Assembly (NCBI GenBank): GCA_030265395.1
Contig: JARFYF010000022.1
Coordinates: forward strand, 49,880,835-49,944,605
Direction of reading: 5' to 3'
DNA length: 63,771 bases
Source of the DNA: Rhina ancylostomus
Lineage: Eukaryota
Under the pieces are notes generated by a model, which worked only from the letters and a program-made list of their open reading frames with translations, had not been told where the DNA came from and made no database searches. Shown here piece after piece: positions 62,080-63,771 of the stretch (positions are counted from its first letter, which is position 1; each line of letters opens with the position of its first letter). A program made the translations under genes and the position numbers.

Positions 62080-62720
62080 ATATGGCGCACTTGTACACAG
62101 GGGAACAAGAACACAGATCACTGAAAGGGGCGACACACATAGACATGTTGGTGACGTAGGCATGCGGTGTGCTTGCCTTTTTCTGCCAGGGCATTAAGTG
62201 CACGAGTATTGACGTCAGGTTACAGCTGGTCAAGCCGATTGTGAGGACACACCTCGGATATTAGTTGTTCGGATCTGATCACCCAAACATCAGAAGGATG
62301 TGATTAAGCTCGAGGTGGTTCAGGAAAGATTCACAAGGATGTCTCCGCCACTGGGCGGCTTGAGTTCTAAGGAGAGACTGGATGCCTGATGTTGTTTCTC
62401 GGAGAGAAGGAGACTAACCTGATGGAGGCCTTTTATATCATGATAAGATGGGCCATAAAAATTTGTTTCCAAGTGTAAGGGAATCTACAATTGGAGGGAA
62501 GAGGTTCAAAGTAAGAGTGGAAATAATTAAAAGGTACCGGGGGCAAAAATTGTGAGGGAGAGGGTGAGTGGTACAGGGAAATAGCTGCCAGATGAACTTG
62601 TATTCCCAGGTAGTGCAACTTTAAAGACTTGCGCAAGTACAGGAATGGTGAAGAACGATATGGGACAGATGCAGGTAAATAAGACGAGCTTGCGAAGACA
62701 CCTTGTTGAGCCGTGCTGCA
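62080..62720 (+). mobile_element. Old CR1 3' fragment
   Basis: Decayed KKDVIKLE-VQ-RFTRM-like segment. Confidence 0.65.
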
Positions 62721-62874
62721 TTTCTCGATGATTTTATGGCCGCATTTCAGTCGCCGCTCCTCTTCCGTGGCTCCACACATAAATAACCACATTGATCCAT
62801 TAGGCGACATATTTTGTCCCTAGTTACCGTATTGCTCTCAATAGACTGACAGAAACACGGAGGATTGTAAAACT

Positions 62875-63660
62875 AGAGAACCATAGAACAATACAGCACA
62901 ATACAGGCCCTTCGGCCCACCATGTTGTTCCGCCTTTCAAACCACACCTAAGACTATTTAACACCTTCCTCCCCCATATCTGTCTATCTTCATATGCCGA
63001 TATGTTCCTCCATATGCCTATCCAACAATCGCTTGAACTTGACCAACTTGACCTCCACCACCACCCCAGGCAGCGCATTCTATGCCCCAACCACGCTGGG
63101 TGAAACACCTCACTCTGCCATCTCCCTTGAACTATCCACCTATTAATTTAAAGCTATGTCCTCTCGTTTTGAGCATTTGTACCCTGGGAAAGAGGAGCTG
63201 GTTGTCCACTCTACCTGTTCCCCTTAATATCTTTAACACCTCTATCATTCCTCCCCTCCTTTTACTTGTCTCCAATGAGTAAACCGCTAGCACCTTTAGT
63301 TTCTCCTCATAACCCATACTAGCTAATCCAGGCAGCATCCCGGTAAATCTCCTACGCAGCCTGTCCAACGCCTGTGCATCCTTCCTATAATGAGGCGACC
63401 AGAACGCTAAACAGAACTCCACGCGTGGCCTAACCAGAGTTGTTTAAAGCTGCATCTTTGATTTCCGGCTCTTAAACTCAGTCCCAGGACTTATGAAAGC
63501 CAACATCCCATAAACTGTCATAACTACCCTATCTACCTGTGAGGCGACATTCAGTGGTCTGTGGATATCAACCCCAAGATCACTCAGCTCCTCTACACTG
63601 CCCAGAATCCTGCCATTTACCTTATACTCCGCCTTGGAGTTTGTCCTTCCAAAGTGTTCC
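62875..63660 (-). mobile_element. CR1 3' end
   Basis: HFGRTN...DLGVDIH...FWSPHYRKD...RRFTGMLPGL, with a CCATAGAAC tail. Confidence 0.92.
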
Positions 63661-63771
63661 AACTCACATTGTCACAATGTTAATCCGGAGCAATCTCACA
63701 GAGAACCCAAATGCGGCACACTGATGCAAGACTGGAGTCAGGATACTTCCTCAGGACAAACACAGGCAGTA

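Overview
This is eukaryotic, vertebrate DNA, most likely from a cartilaginous fish (inferred from the repeat families and the GPCR family). It is a fragmented scaffold with 12 N-gaps, so order and orientation across gaps are uncertain. The window is a repeat-rich, segmentally duplicated region with four components. (1) A cluster of six two-exon GPR139/GPR142-like class A GPCR copies: one has an intact 7TM exon (32164-33074) and the other five are frameshifted, stop-containing or fragmentary. (2) About 15 tRNA-derived loci, mostly decayed, including two paralogous intron-containing tRNA-Arg(TCG)-type genes. (3) The 5' half of a decayed gamma/epsilon-like endogenous retrovirus with an LTR, an Arg(ACG) PBS, a leader array of tRNA T-loop-like hairpins, gag, protease, an apparent 2H-phosphoesterase domain and RT. 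(4) A decayed full-length Gypsy LTR retrotransposon with a Trp PBS, plus many CR1, Penelope, Rex1-like and V-SINE fragments. Most ORFs in the supplied track are spurious. Transposable-element boundaries are approximate.
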